Source: Actinomycetota bacterium
GTDB lineage: Bacteria; Actinomycetota; Acidimicrobiia; IMCC26256; VFJJ01
Reading direction: 5' to 3'
Length of the DNA stretch: 36,948 nucleotides
NCBI GenBank assembly: GCA_009886115.1
Contig: VFJJ01000048.1
Location: forward strand, 1 to 36,948
A program made the position numbers and the translations under genes. This document shows positions 1 to 9,061 of the stretch, in pieces; position 1 is the first letter of the stretch, and every line of letters starts with the position of its first letter. Under the pieces are notes generated by a model, which did not search any database, had not been told where the DNA came from, and worked only from the letters and a program-made list of their open reading frames with translations.

Positions 1-260
1 AGCATGGTCTCGTCGTTCGGGAACAACCGGAAAAATCGGTTCGAGGAAGCGTACGGCGACGCCAAGAATGTCCGCGGTCGCTACCCGCTCGTGTCGATGG
101 GCTTCCTGTCCGAGTCCGCAATGACTTGGTCCCCCCGGATCTTCAAGCCGGCCGATTCCTCGGGGCGTTGATCGGACGCCTCCTGGAGCGGACGCCCATC
201 TCGATTCATGTTCCTGTCCGCGAGGCTCGTGAGGGTCGTCGCATCGAGCTCGCCGAGTAG
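1..260 (+). pseudogene. PaeR7I/XhoI-like type II restriction endonuclease remnant (runs off window start; internal deletion/frameshift near 108)
   Basis: Frame 1 reads SMVSSFGNNRKNRFEEAYGDAKNVRGRYPLVSMGFL (SFGNNxxNRxEE motif) and stops at 171. Frame 3 from 108 reads VRVRNDLVPPDLQAGRFLGALIGRLLERTPISIH..., resembling the family C-terminus, and ends TAG 258-260. Not in the ORF track. Confidence 0.55.
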
Positions 261-309
261 ACGCTCTGCTTCGCCAGAGCCCTGTCGCCGGCCCGTCAGC
301 AGCTCCCGC

Positions 310-347
310 CGGGACGGAGGTCCTCCCGGTGAGCGCCGAACGCCTCA
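310..347. promoter_or_regulatory. Tandem DevR/OsdR-like boxes upstream of the FNT gene
   Basis: CGGGACGGAGGTCCTC (310-325) and AGCGCCGAACGCCTCA (332-347), centred -64.5 and -42.5 from GTG 382. Confidence 0.5.
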
Positions 348-381
348 TGCGCACGAGTCGCCGGGAGGCTTGACTGGCGTC

Positions 382-1269
382 GTGAATCCCGAGCCGAACG
401 CGTTCGATGCCTTGGTTCCCCGGCACATGGCCGTCAAGGCCGAGGAGTCGGGGGTGGCCAAAGCCGAGATGGCCTGGGACCGGATGCTGGTGCTGGCCAT
501 GCTGGCCGGCGCGTTCATCGCGTTCGGGGCCCTGTTCTCGACCGTGGTGTCGACGACCGGCGTCGGGGTCACGCCGACGGGCCCGATCAGGCTGGCGGCG
601 GGCGTCGCCTTCTCGCTGGGGCTCGTCCTGGTCGTGGTCGGCGGCGCCGAGCTGTTCACGGGCAACAACCTCATCGTGATGGCGTGGGCCAGCCGGCGGG
701 TCTCGACCCGCTCATTGATCCGCAACTGGGTCATCGTCTACGTGGGCAACTTCGTGGGCGCCATCGTCATCGCCTACCTCACCTACCGGAGCGGGCACTT
801 CGACACCGCCGACGGCGCCCTCCGGGTCCGGGCGCTCGGGATCGCCACGGCGAAGACCGAGCTGTCGTTCACCGACGCGCTCCTCCGAGGGGTGCTGGCG
901 AACGTGCTCGTGTGTCTCGCCGTCTGGATGTGCGCCAGCGCACGGTCGGTCGTCGACAAGGTCGTGATCGTGATCCTGCCGATCAGCGCCTTCGTGGTCG
1001 CCGGCTTCGAGCACAGCGTCGCGAACATGTACTTCATCCCTGTCGGGCTGTTCCTCGACGACGGCACAACCGGCAGCGGACCGCTCACGTGGAGCCGATT
1101 CCTCACCCACAACCTGGCGCCGGTCACCCTCGGCAACATCATCGGCGGAGCACTGCTCGTCGGGCTGGTGTACTGGTTCGTCTACCTGCGCCACGACGCG
1201 GAACAGGCCACCACACCAACCTCCGCTTCGGGCTCGGCACCGATCCCGCAAGCGGACACCCACGAATGA
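382..1269 (+). CDS. focA: Formate/nitrite transporter (FNT, FocA-like) channel
   Basis: LAGAFIAFG, GAELFTGN, LANVLVCLAVW, GFEHSVANM and VTLGNIIGG motifs. Start placed at GTG 382; the ORF extension to 208 looks non-coding. Confidence 0.9.
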   Translation: MNPEPNAFDALVPRHMAVKAEESGVAKAEMAWDRMLVLAMLAGAFIAFGALFSTVVSTTGVGVTPTGPIRLAAGVAFSLGLVLVVVGGAELFTGNNLIVMAWASRRVSTRSLIRNWVIVYVGNFVGAIVIAYLTYRSGHFDTADGALRVRALGIATAKTELSFTDALLRGVLANVLVCLAVWMCASARSVVDKVVIVILPISAFVVAGFEHSVANMYFIPVGLFLDDGTTGSGPLTWSRFLTHNLAPVTLGNIIGGALLVGLVYWFVYLRHDAEQATTPTSASGSAPIPQADTHE

Positions 1270-2954
1270 CGGCAGCCACGCCCGATCCGATCCGGACGGT
1301 CGGACCGTCGCCCGTGCTGGGATGGGTGCGCGGCTACCAGCGACGATGGCTCCGGGCCGATCTCACCACCGGGGTGCTGATCGTGGCGATCGCCGTTCCC
1401 CTCTCGATGGGGATGGCCGAGGTCGCCGGCATGCCCCCGACAGCCGGCCTGTACACGTGCGTCCTCCCGCTCGTCGCGTACGCCTGCCTCGGCTCGTCGC
1501 CCCAACTCGTGCTCGGGCTCGACGCGTCCACCGCGGCCATGCTGGCTGCTGCGGTCGGCCCGCTCGCCGGCGGCGACCCTGCGCGGTACGCAGCCCTGGC
1601 CGGGATGGTCGCCGTGCTCGCCGGGGTCGTCCTGCTGCTCGCCGGCTTCGTACGCCTCGGGATCCTCGCCGAGCTGCTGTCGCAACCGGTCCTCCTGGGA
1701 TTCCAGGCCGGGCTGGCGGTCACCGTGATCGTGAGCCAGCTCCCCCGCCTCCTCGGCATCCGGGTGAACGCCGACGATCCGGTTCCTCGCGCCTGGGAGC
1801 TGGCCCGGCATCTCGACGACACCCGGATCGCCGCAGCGATCGTCGGCGGGGCGGTGATCGCCGTGATCGTCCTCCAGCAACGGCTGGCCCCGAGGGTTCC
1901 TGGCGTCCTGGTGGCGGTGGTGGCGGCCACGGTGATCGTCGAGCTGGCGGGTCTGGGCGACCGGGTCGCGGTGATCGGCTCGATCGACAGCGGCCTCCCG
2001 AGCCTGGCCTGGCCCGATGTCGATCTCCGTGACGTCCTCGATCTCCTGGCCCCGGCGGCGGCCATCGCGCTGGTCGCCGCTGGCGACACCACGGCGACGT
2101 CGCGGGCGTTCGCCGTCCGCAACGGCTACCGGGTCGACGCCAACCGTGACCTCGTGGGGCTGGGCGCGGCCAACGTCGCGTCGGGGCTGTCGGGGGGCAT
2201 CGCCGCCTCGGCCAGCGCGGCGCGCACCGCGGTCGCCGAGCATGCGGGCTCGCACACGCCATTGGCCTCGTTGAGCGCGGCGGCGATCCTCGTCGCCGTG
2301 TTGGCGTTCCTCACCCGCCCGCTCGAGAACGTCCCGGTCGCCGCGCTGGCGGGCGTGGTGATCGTCGCCGTCAGCCGCATCATCGACATCGCCGGGCTGG
2401 CCCGCCTGTGGAGGCATCGACGCAGCGAGCTGCTCGTTGCCGTCGCCACGGTCGTGGGCGTCGTGGCCATCGGGGTGCTCGAGGGCATCGCGGTGGCGGT
2501 CGTGCTGTCGCTGCTCGACGTCTTGCGCCGAGCTGGCCGTCCGCACGACGCCGTGATCGGGCGCCTCGCCGACACCGGGCACTTCGCCGACGTCGACATC
2601 GCTCCCGCGGCGCTGACCGAGCCGGGACTGGTGCTGTTCCGTTTCGACGCTCCCCTGTTCCACGTCAACGTGGAACGGTTCCGCGACCGCCTGCTTCAGA
2701 CCGTTGCCGACGCGTCCCAGCCGGTGCACTGGGTCGTGATCGACGCCTCGCCCATCAACGACGTCGACGCGACCGCCGGCGACGTGCTGGAGGCACTGGC
2801 CGAGGAGCTCCGCTCGACCGGTGTCACTCTGGTGATGGCCGAGGCCGCGCACCCGGTCCGTGAGCTCCTCGAACGCTACGAGCTCGGCACGACGATCCCG
2901 CAGTACGCGACCCTCGACGACGCCGTCGCGGCATACCGGTCGCAGCGCTCCTAG
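1266..2954 (+). CDS. SulP/SLC26 family anion transporter with C-terminal STAS domain
   Basis: WLRADLTTG, AGMPPTAGLY, DANRDLVGLGAAN; STAS region RFDAPLF...DVDAT. ATGA overlap with the FNT stop. Confidence 0.92.
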   Translation: MTAATPDPIRTVGPSPVLGWVRGYQRRWLRADLTTGVLIVAIAVPLSMGMAEVAGMPPTAGLYTCVLPLVAYACLGSSPQLVLGLDASTAAMLAAAVGPLAGGDPARYAALAGMVAVLAGVVLLLAGFVRLGILAELLSQPVLLGFQAGLAVTVIVSQLPRLLGIRVNADDPVPRAWELARHLDDTRIAAAIVGGAVIAVIVLQQRLAPRVPGVLVAVVAATVIVELAGLGDRVAVIGSIDSGLPSLAWPDVDLRDVLDLLAPAAAIALVAAGDTTATSRAFAVRNGYRVDANRDLVGLGAANVASGLSGGIAASASAARTAVAEHAGSHTPLASLSAAAILVAVLAFLTRPLENVPVAALAGVVIVAVSRIIDIAGLARLWRHRRSELLVAVATVVGVVAIGVLEGIAVAVVLSLLDVLRRAGRPHDAVIGRLADTGHFADVDIAPAALTEPGLVLFRFDAPLFHVNVERFRDRLLQTVADASQPVHWVVIDASPINDVDATAGDVLEALAEELRSTGVTLVMAEAAHPVRELLERYELGTTIPQYATLDDAVAAYRSQRS

Positions 2955-2957
2955 CAA

Positions 2958-3968
2958 TCAGCGCTGGGCGCGTAGCTCGTTCGGGCACGGGCGCCCGGCC
3001 TCGAGGTCACCCAGGGTGGCCAGGGTGGTCTCGGCGATGGCCGCCAGGGCTTCCCGGGTGAGGAACCCCTGATGCGCGGTGATCAACACGTAGGGAAACG
3101 TGAGGAGCCGAGCGAACACGTCATCGGTGAGCACTTCGCCCGACCGGTCCTCGAAGAAGAGCTCGGCCTCCTCTTCGTACACGTCGAGGGCGAGTGAGCC
3201 GATCTGGCCGGTCTTGAGCCCGTCGATCACGGCAACGGTGTCGACCAGGGCACCCCGCCCGGTGTTCACCAGCATGACCCCGGGTTTCATGGCGTCGACG
3301 GCCGTGGCCGAGACGAGATGGTGGGTTCCGGGCGTGAGCGGGCAGTTGAGGCTGATGAGGTCGCTCCGGGCCCACAGCTCGGCGATCTCCACGTAGCGCA
3401 TGCCCAGCTCGGTCACCCGTGGGTTCTCGATGGGATCGAAGCACACGACCTCGGAGCGGAAGTGCCACAGCAGGCGAGCGACGATCGCACCGATGCGGCC
3501 CGTGCCGACGATCCCTGCGGTCTTGCCGGCGAGGTCGAAACCCACCAACCCGTCGAGCGAGAAGTTGCCGTCGCGAACGCGGTTGTAGGCCTTGTACACG
3601 CGACGGTTGAGCGCCAGGATCAGCGCGATCGTGTGCTCGGCCACGGCGTTCGGCGAGTACGCGGGCACCCGCACGACGGTCAGGCCGAGCCGGGCCGCGG
3701 CCTCCAGATCGACGTTGTTGAACCCAGCGCACCGCAGCGCGACATGGCGAACGCCCAGTGAGGCGAGCAGGCCGAGCACCTCGGCGTCAGCGACGTCGTT
3801 CACGAAGATGCACACGGCGTCGGCACCGGCGGCGAGTGCAGCCGTACGAGGGCCGAGCCTGTTCTCGAACGCCTCGAGCACATGAGCGTGTCGAGCGTTG
3901 GCCTGCTCGAAGCTCGCCTCGTCAGTGGCCGTGCCTGCGCCGGGCGGTCCAGGTGAGGCGGGCGCCAC
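2958..3968 (-). CDS. ldhA: D-lactate dehydrogenase-like D-2-hydroxyacid dehydrogenase, native N-terminus apparently lost
   Basis: CIFVND, LRCAGFNNVD, RVPAYSPNAVAEH, GTGRIG, NTGRGALVD, LDVYEEE, ITAHQGFLT. The first ~15 aa do not resemble LdhA and overlap the kinase 3' end. Confidence 0.85.
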   Translation of the reverse strand: MAPASPGPPGAGTATDEASFEQANARHAHVLEAFENRLGPRTAALAAGADAVCIFVNDVADAEVLGLLASLGVRHVALRCAGFNNVDLEAAARLGLTVVRVPAYSPNAVAEHTIALILALNRRVYKAYNRVRDGNFSLDGLVGFDLAGKTAGIVGTGRIGAIVARLLWHFRSEVVCFDPIENPRVTELGMRYVEIAELWARSDLISLNCPLTPGTHHLVSATAVDAMKPGVMLVNTGRGALVDTVAVIDGLKTGQIGSLALDVYEEEAELFFEDRSGEVLTDDVFARLLTFPYVLITAHQGFLTREALAAIAETTLATLGDLEAGRPCPNELRAQR

Positions 3969-6276
3969 CTTGAGCCCGACGGGTGAGGGTGGCGCTGCCC
4001 CCGACGCTCGCCGCTCGTTGGTGCAGGTTGGTGAGACCCTCGCCGCGACGCAACACGCCGGGCTCGGGTGGGCCGACCCCGTCGTCGTCGACCGTCATCT
4101 CGATCGAGGCCGGGTCGATCACGATGACGACCTCGACCCGGGTCGCGTTGGCGTGCCGGGCCACGTTCGAGAGCGCCTCGCGCAGGCTCGTGACCATCTG
4201 GGCCGACGTGGCCGCCTCGATGTCGGAGACCGGTCCGTCGATGCGGAGCGACGGTGCGAACCCGAGGGACCGGCTGGCCTCGTCGAGAACGGCACCGATG
4301 GCGTCGATGACGGTCGACGCCGACGTTCGGGTCGAGTGGTGGAGCTCGAAGATCGAGACGCGCAGCCGCCGGATGGTCTCGTCGATCTGGTCGATCATGC
4401 CCGAGCAACGAAGGCGCAGATCGTCGTTCGGGAACGCCGGCAGGGTCGCTGCGAGCTGGAGCCCGATGCCGAACATGTCCTGAATCACGGTGTCGTGGAG
4501 ATCGCGGGCGATGCGCTCGCGATCCTCGAGCACCACCAGGCGCTCGTGGGCCGTGCGCGCAGCGGCCAGCTCGAACGAGAGGCCGACCTGGTGAACATAG
4601 GCCTGGAGGAATAGCAGGTCGGTCGCGTCGAAGGGCTGTCGGCCCGTGCGGCGGTTGACCACGACGACACCGCGTGGCTCGCCGCCGACGCTGATCGGAA
4701 CCGACAGGACCGGCCCCACCAGGTGCCTGACCGACGGGTCCGAGCTCTCGGGCGGCCGTTCGAGCAGGACCGTCTCGACCGAACCGACTCCGTCCAGGAA
4801 CTCGGGGCTCATGGCGACCCCGGCTCGCTCGAGCTCCTCCATGAGCGCGCCCGAACGAGCGATGACGTCGGCCCGACCGGACCCGGGCGCATGGACGATC
4901 ATCGCGGCGCCGTCGGCGGCCAGCAGCTCGAGCGCCGACGAGGCAACCAGCTGGTGCGCCGAATCGATCTCGACACCGGCGAGGAGCTCGACCGTGAGCG
5001 ACACGGCCAGCTCGTGCAGCCGAACCGCGCCCTCGCGCTGAACCTCGATCGCGTGTCGCTCGCTGATGTCGATGACGTGGGCCAGCGTTCGGGCCGCATC
5101 GCCGGGGGACGCCTCGATCGCAGCAGCACGCAATTCGGCCCACACGGCGCTGCCGTCGGCGTGCAGGTACCGCTTCTCGGTGCGGTAGGTGGGCGTGGTC
5201 CCGTCACGCAGGCTTCTCGCAGCCGCGAGGCTCGACGCCCGATCGTCGGGGTGGGTGAGGTCGGCGAAGTCACGGCCGATCAGGGCCTCGACTGTGGAGC
5301 CCAGGAACCCGGCGAGGGCTTCGTTGGCCTGCACGATGGTGCGCCGGTCGTCGTGGCCGATGGCCGTGACCGCCATCCCGATCGGGGCCTGCTCGAAGGC
5401 GATCCGGAACGCCTCCTCGCTCGCGCTGAGCTGGGCCTCCCACGCCCGCCGCTCGCGGACGTCTCTGACGATCACGGTGTAGAACGCCGCCCCGGTCGTG
5501 AGCTCGATCGATCGTTGGAAGTGCGCCGCCACGGGAACGTCGTCGCCCGAGCGTGTGCACACGACGAGCTCGATCTCGATCTGCCCGCCCGGCGCCCCCT
5601 CGATGCGGTGCCGGAACTCGTCGGCCCCGTCCTCGGTCGAAAACGGGCAGTAGTGGAACCAGGTCATCAACAAGAGCTCGTCGCGGTCGTACCCGAGGAG
5701 CTCGGTCGCCGAGCGATTCACGTACTCGTTCCGGAACGTCGCGCTGTCGCACACGAACACCGCCTCGGGGACCTGGTCGAGCAGGTCGAGCAGACGCCGG
5801 CGGGCCCGGTCGTCACTCCGACCTCGACTCACGTCGCGGACGCTCACCGCCGTCAGCACGCCCGAGCTGGTGGCGACGGGCGACAGCGAGATCTCGACCG
5901 GTATCTCGGTGCCGTCGCGGTGGCGAGCGACGAGTTCACGACCCTGACCCATCTCCCGGTTCGTGGGCGCGGCCCGGTACCGGAGCCGATGGGCCCGATG
6001 ACCACCTCGGACCGCGGCAGGGACCAGGACCTCGACCGCCTGCCCGAGCAGCTCGGGCCGGTCGTACCCCAGGAGCCGCTCGAGCTGACCGTTCACGAAG
6101 ATGATCGACCCTCGATCGTCGGCGATCAGCATCCCGTCGGGTGCAGCCTCGAGGACCGCCCACACCGCGGCGTCGTCGAGCACCGGCTCGCCCAACGGCC
6201 GGAAGTCCGCCAGTGCCGCCGACCCTGCGCTGTCCTTCCCGGTGATCGACCCGACCTTCGGGATGTCGTCCACCAT
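3922..6276 (-). CDS. Cytoplasmic sensor histidine kinase, 3xPAS-GAF-HisKA_3-HATPase (DevS/DosT-like kinase core)
   Basis: Three PAS repeats (EAAPDGM, DQVPEAV, FEQAPIGM), a GAF domain (PFDATDL), H-box ERIARDLHDTVIQ, REALSNVARHA and DDGVG. No TM helices seen. Start approximate. Confidence 0.92.
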   Translation of the reverse strand: MVDDIPKVGSITGKDSAGSAALADFRPLGEPVLDDAAVWAVLEAAPDGMLIADDRGSIIFVNGQLERLLGYDRPELLGQAVEVLVPAAVRGGHRAHRLRYRAAPTNREMGQGRELVARHRDGTEIPVEISLSPVATSSGVLTAVSVRDVSRGRSDDRARRRLLDLLDQVPEAVFVCDSATFRNEYVNRSATELLGYDRDELLLMTWFHYCPFSTEDGADEFRHRIEGAPGGQIEIELVVCTRSGDDVPVAAHFQRSIELTTGAAFYTVIVRDVRERRAWEAQLSASEEAFRIAFEQAPIGMAVTAIGHDDRRTIVQANEALAGFLGSTVEALIGRDFADLTHPDDRASSLAAARSLRDGTTPTYRTEKRYLHADGSAVWAELRAAAIEASPGDAARTLAHVIDISERHAIEVQREGAVRLHELAVSLTVELLAGVEIDSAHQLVASSALELLAADGAAMIVHAPGSGRADVIARSGALMEELERAGVAMSPEFLDGVGSVETVLLERPPESSDPSVRHLVGPVLSVPISVGGEPRGVVVVNRRTGRQPFDATDLLFLQAYVHQVGLSFELAAARTAHERLVVLEDRERIARDLHDTVIQDMFGIGLQLAATLPAFPNDDLRLRCSGMIDQIDETIRRLRVSIFELHHSTRTSASTVIDAIGAVLDEASRSLGFAPSLRIDGPVSDIEAATSAQMVTSLREALSNVARHANATRVEVVIVIDPASIEMTVDDDGVGPPEPGVLRRGEGLTNLHQRAASVGGSATLTRRAQGGARLTWTARRRHGH

Positions 6277-6355
6277 GGGAGTGTCGCAGGGTCCGCGATC
6301 TCGGACAAGCCGTGAAGAGACGATTCCACATCTACACCGGGTGTTCACTGTGACG

Positions 6356-6707
6356 TCAGAGAGCGACAGGAGGGCTCACGCCCCCTTGCCCGATGTACCG
6401 GCGGCGGACAATCAGGAGATGCGCGTCGGCTCGACCGGGTCGGTGCCGTCCCCGAGCGACGAAGATCGCCGAGTAGGGGTCCTGCACCGACACCGACAGC
6501 GGCTCCGGGGCCTCACCGTCGATCCAGAGCTCGAAATGGGACACATATCGGGTGTCGAGCAGGAACAGCCCCTGGGGCCCCCCCGGGTCGGACATCACCG
6601 CCGCGACCGGACAGGCAGAATGTGGAGCCTTCGACGAGCGTGACCAGGCCCGAGGCCCCGATCGACGGGCTTTCGCCTGCGAACGTCCAGGGACTCGGTC
6701 CGTTCAT
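6356..6707 (-). pseudogene. Amylo-alpha-1,6-glucosidase/glycogen debranching enzyme N-terminal fragment, frameshifted and truncated
   Basis: VTLVEGSTFCLSGRGGDVRPGG continues as PQGLFLLDTRYVSHFELWIDG in another frame. The shift lies in a G7 run (C7 on + at 6578-6584). Ends after ~115 codons. ATG overlaps the otsA stop. Confidence 0.8.
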
Positions 6708-8230
6708 GCGCCACTCAGCACGGGCAGCGATGCATGGTCGAGGGCGCTCAGGAACCGGTCGGCCCACTGGTGGACCGTCGAGCTCCTGACTGTAGAGCGC
6801 AGGCGCGCCATCCGCCGACGGGCTTCGTCGACGGGCATGGAGACTGCGTCGACGATCGCGGTGCGGAGGTCGTCACCGTCGTGTGGGTCGACCAACCTCG
6901 CTGCGTGGAGCTCCCGAGCGGATCCGGCGAACGTGCTGAGCACGAGAACCCCCGAGCCGTCGATCCGGGACGCCACGTACTCCTTGGCCACCAGGTTCAT
7001 GCCGTCACGAAGGGGGGTCACGAGCATGACATCCGCAGCTCGGTACAGGGCGATCAGCTCGTCGAACGGCAGCGAGCGGTGCAGGTAGTGAACAGCGGGT
7101 CTTCCCATCGGAGCGTTCTCGCCGTTGATCTCGTCCACCAGCCGTTCGATCCGCTCACGCTCGGCGCAGTACTGGACCAGCCCTTCCCGGCTCGGGACGG
7201 CGACCTGGACCATCACGTGATCGGACACCGACAACACGCCCGCTCGCAGCAGGTCCCTGAACGCCTCCAGCCGGGCCACGATGCCCTTGGTGTAGTCGAG
7301 ACGATCGACTCCGAGCAGGACATGCCGTGGAGCTCCGAGCTCGTCGCGGATCGCTGCGGCGCGCCTGACGGTCTGGTCGCTCGATGCAGCCCGCTCGACC
7401 TTCTCGACGTCGATCGAGATCGGGAAGGCGCCGATGTCGACCGCACGCCCATCGAACCGGAGCCGACGCGAGCACACGTCGACCCGAGCCAACGCTCGTG
7501 CGCTCCTCACGAAGTTCGCGGCGTCGTTCGGGACCTGGAAGCCCACGAGATCGGCGCCGAGGAGACCAACGATCACCTGTCGCCGCCACGGGAGCCCAGC
7601 GAACAGCTCGGGGGATGGAAAAGGGATGTGGAGGAAGAACCCGATCTTGACGTCGCTGCGGAGTCGTCGGAGCAGCGCGGGGACGAGCTGGAGCTGGTAG
7701 TCGTGAACCCAGACGGCCGCTCCGGGGGCCGCCACCTCCGCGGCCGCGGCCGCGAACCTTTCGTTCACGCTGACGTAGGCGTTCCACCAGTCGAGATCGA
7801 GCTCCGGGGCTCGGATCGCGTCGTGATACAGCGGCCAGAGCGTTCGATTCGAGAAGCCCTCGTAATAGCGCTCGTGCTCGAGGGGCGTGAGCGCGACCGG
7901 GTGCAACGCCATGTGCGCGTGGGAGAACGGCAGGGTGAGCCCGGTGGTGCCCGGCCAACCCACCCAGGCGCCCCCACGCGCCGCGAGCACCGGGGCGAGG
8001 GCGCCCACCAGCCCGCCCGGGCTGATCTCCCAGCCGGTCGGCACGGCGTCGATGCTCCGTCTGCCGTTCGACGGCGAAGAGGGTCGGCACAACGGGAGAC
8101 GATTGGCGACCACGACGAGATCCGCCGCCCCCGGGTGGCCAACCGAGACGAAGGGCGCCTCAGTACCGTCGAGCCGGGACCGCTCAGCTGGCGCCCCACG
8201 CAGTGGCTGACCGAGTACCAACGATGTCAT
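6704..8230 (-). CDS. otsA: Trehalose-6-phosphate synthase (GT20)
   Basis: VVANRLP, SPGGLV, WVGWPG, YYEGFSNRTLWPLYH, WVHDYQL, FFLHIPFP, GVDRLDYTKG, RDGMNLVAKEY. Confidence 0.93.
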   Translation of the reverse strand: MTSLVLGQPLRGAPAERSRLDGTEAPFVSVGHPGAADLVVVANRLPLCRPSSPSNGRRSIDAVPTGWEISPGGLVGALAPVLAARGGAWVGWPGTTGLTLPFSHAHMALHPVALTPLEHERYYEGFSNRTLWPLYHDAIRAPELDLDWWNAYVSVNERFAAAAAEVAAPGAAVWVHDYQLQLVPALLRRLRSDVKIGFFLHIPFPSPELFAGLPWRRQVIVGLLGADLVGFQVPNDAANFVRSARALARVDVCSRRLRFDGRAVDIGAFPISIDVEKVERAASSDQTVRRAAAIRDELGAPRHVLLGVDRLDYTKGIVARLEAFRDLLRAGVLSVSDHVMVQVAVPSREGLVQYCAERERIERLVDEINGENAPMGRPAVHYLHRSLPFDELIALYRAADVMLVTPLRDGMNLVAKEYVASRIDGSGVLVLSTFAGSARELHAARLVDPHDGDDLRTAIVDAVSMPVDEARRRMARLRSTVRSSTVHQWADRFLSALDHASLPVLSGA

Positions 8231-8625
8231 GTGAGCTCCCCGCCCTGGAGCCGTCCTTGGGCACCGGTCATCGAGCTCGTGCCTGCGATCGAGAGACGGC
8301 TCGATGACGATCGGCGAAGCTGACGAACCGCTCGCGGAAACGTCTCGATCGTGCGCTGGTAGAGCGACACGTGGGCGCCGGCCAAGCGATCGAGCACGAC
8401 ATCGAGGAGCTCACCGAGACGGGACTTCGGAGGGTCACCCCACGCGGGATCGACAACGAGCTCGATCTTGCGACGGTTCATGCGGTCCGAGATCAGACGC
8501 ACCCGCATCCCTCGGGCCTCGAGCTCGTCGACGACCAGACCGGCGGCCCTGTCGAGCGCCGCGTTCTCGGGGCCTTGGAAAACCCTCGGCGCCGCATCAC
8601 CTGGGGAATCCGCCGTGTCAGGCAC
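8227..8625 (-). CDS. Hypothetical protein between DUF1918 and otsA
   Basis: 132-aa ORF abutting the DUF1918 stop and overlapping the otsA start. No family recognised. Confidence 0.45.
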   Translation of the reverse strand: MPDTADSPGDAAPRVFQGPENAALDRAAGLVVDELEARGMRVRLISDRMNRRKIELVVDPAWGDPPKSRLGELLDVVLDRLAGAHVSLYQRTIETFPRAVRQLRRSSSSRLSIAGTSSMTGAQGRLQGGELT

Positions 8626-8829
8626 TCACGTGGGGTGCACGACCGCGGGCAGATGCTCGACGACGACATCAGAGCCGGGAAAGAACAGGGCCTCGTGACC
8701 GTCGTCCCACACGACACGATACGGCGGCGAACCTTCAGCTCCCCTCACACCGATGATCACCCCGCTCCGGTCGGGCTGGCCCACACGATGACTCGGCACG
8801 ACGAGCCGATCTCCCATTGCAGCATGCAC
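8626..8829 (-). CDS. DUF1918 domain protein (Rv0569-like)
   Basis: MHAAMGDRLVV...GSPPYRVVWDDGHEALFFPGSD; RBS GAAGGAGG before GTG 8829. Confidence 0.88.
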   Translation of the reverse strand: MHAAMGDRLVVPSHRVGQPDRSGVIIGVRGAEGSPPYRVVWDDGHEALFFPGSDVVVEHLPAVVHPT

Positions 8830-9061
8830 TGCGCCTCCTTCGAGCTCCGGGCACCATCTCGGTACCGCCTCATTCGACCGCATCTCCGTCCGGTTGTTCA
8901 GAGGCCTTCGTCCTTTCCGGTCCCGAGCATGGCCCTCAGCGACGCCGCCCGGGCGAGCACACCCTCCGAGTACCGAGCAACCGACGCGACAGGACCCCGT
9001 ACCGACCGAGCGGACCCCGGGACCGCGGCGATCGTCGACGACGTCGTGGACGAACCACCGG

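Noticed and set aside
208..381. N-terminal extension of the FNT ORF
   Set aside because: Low-complexity Ser/Arg/Pro sequence that overlaps the REase remnant and regulatory boxes; FNT similarity starts near 382.
684..1265. Long upstream extension of the SulP ORF
   Set aside because: Alternate frame of the FNT gene; the real start is the ATGA overlap at 1266.
6578..6584. Phase variation or programmed frameshift at the G7 run
   Set aside because: The gene is truncated downstream, so switching frame could not give a full enzyme.
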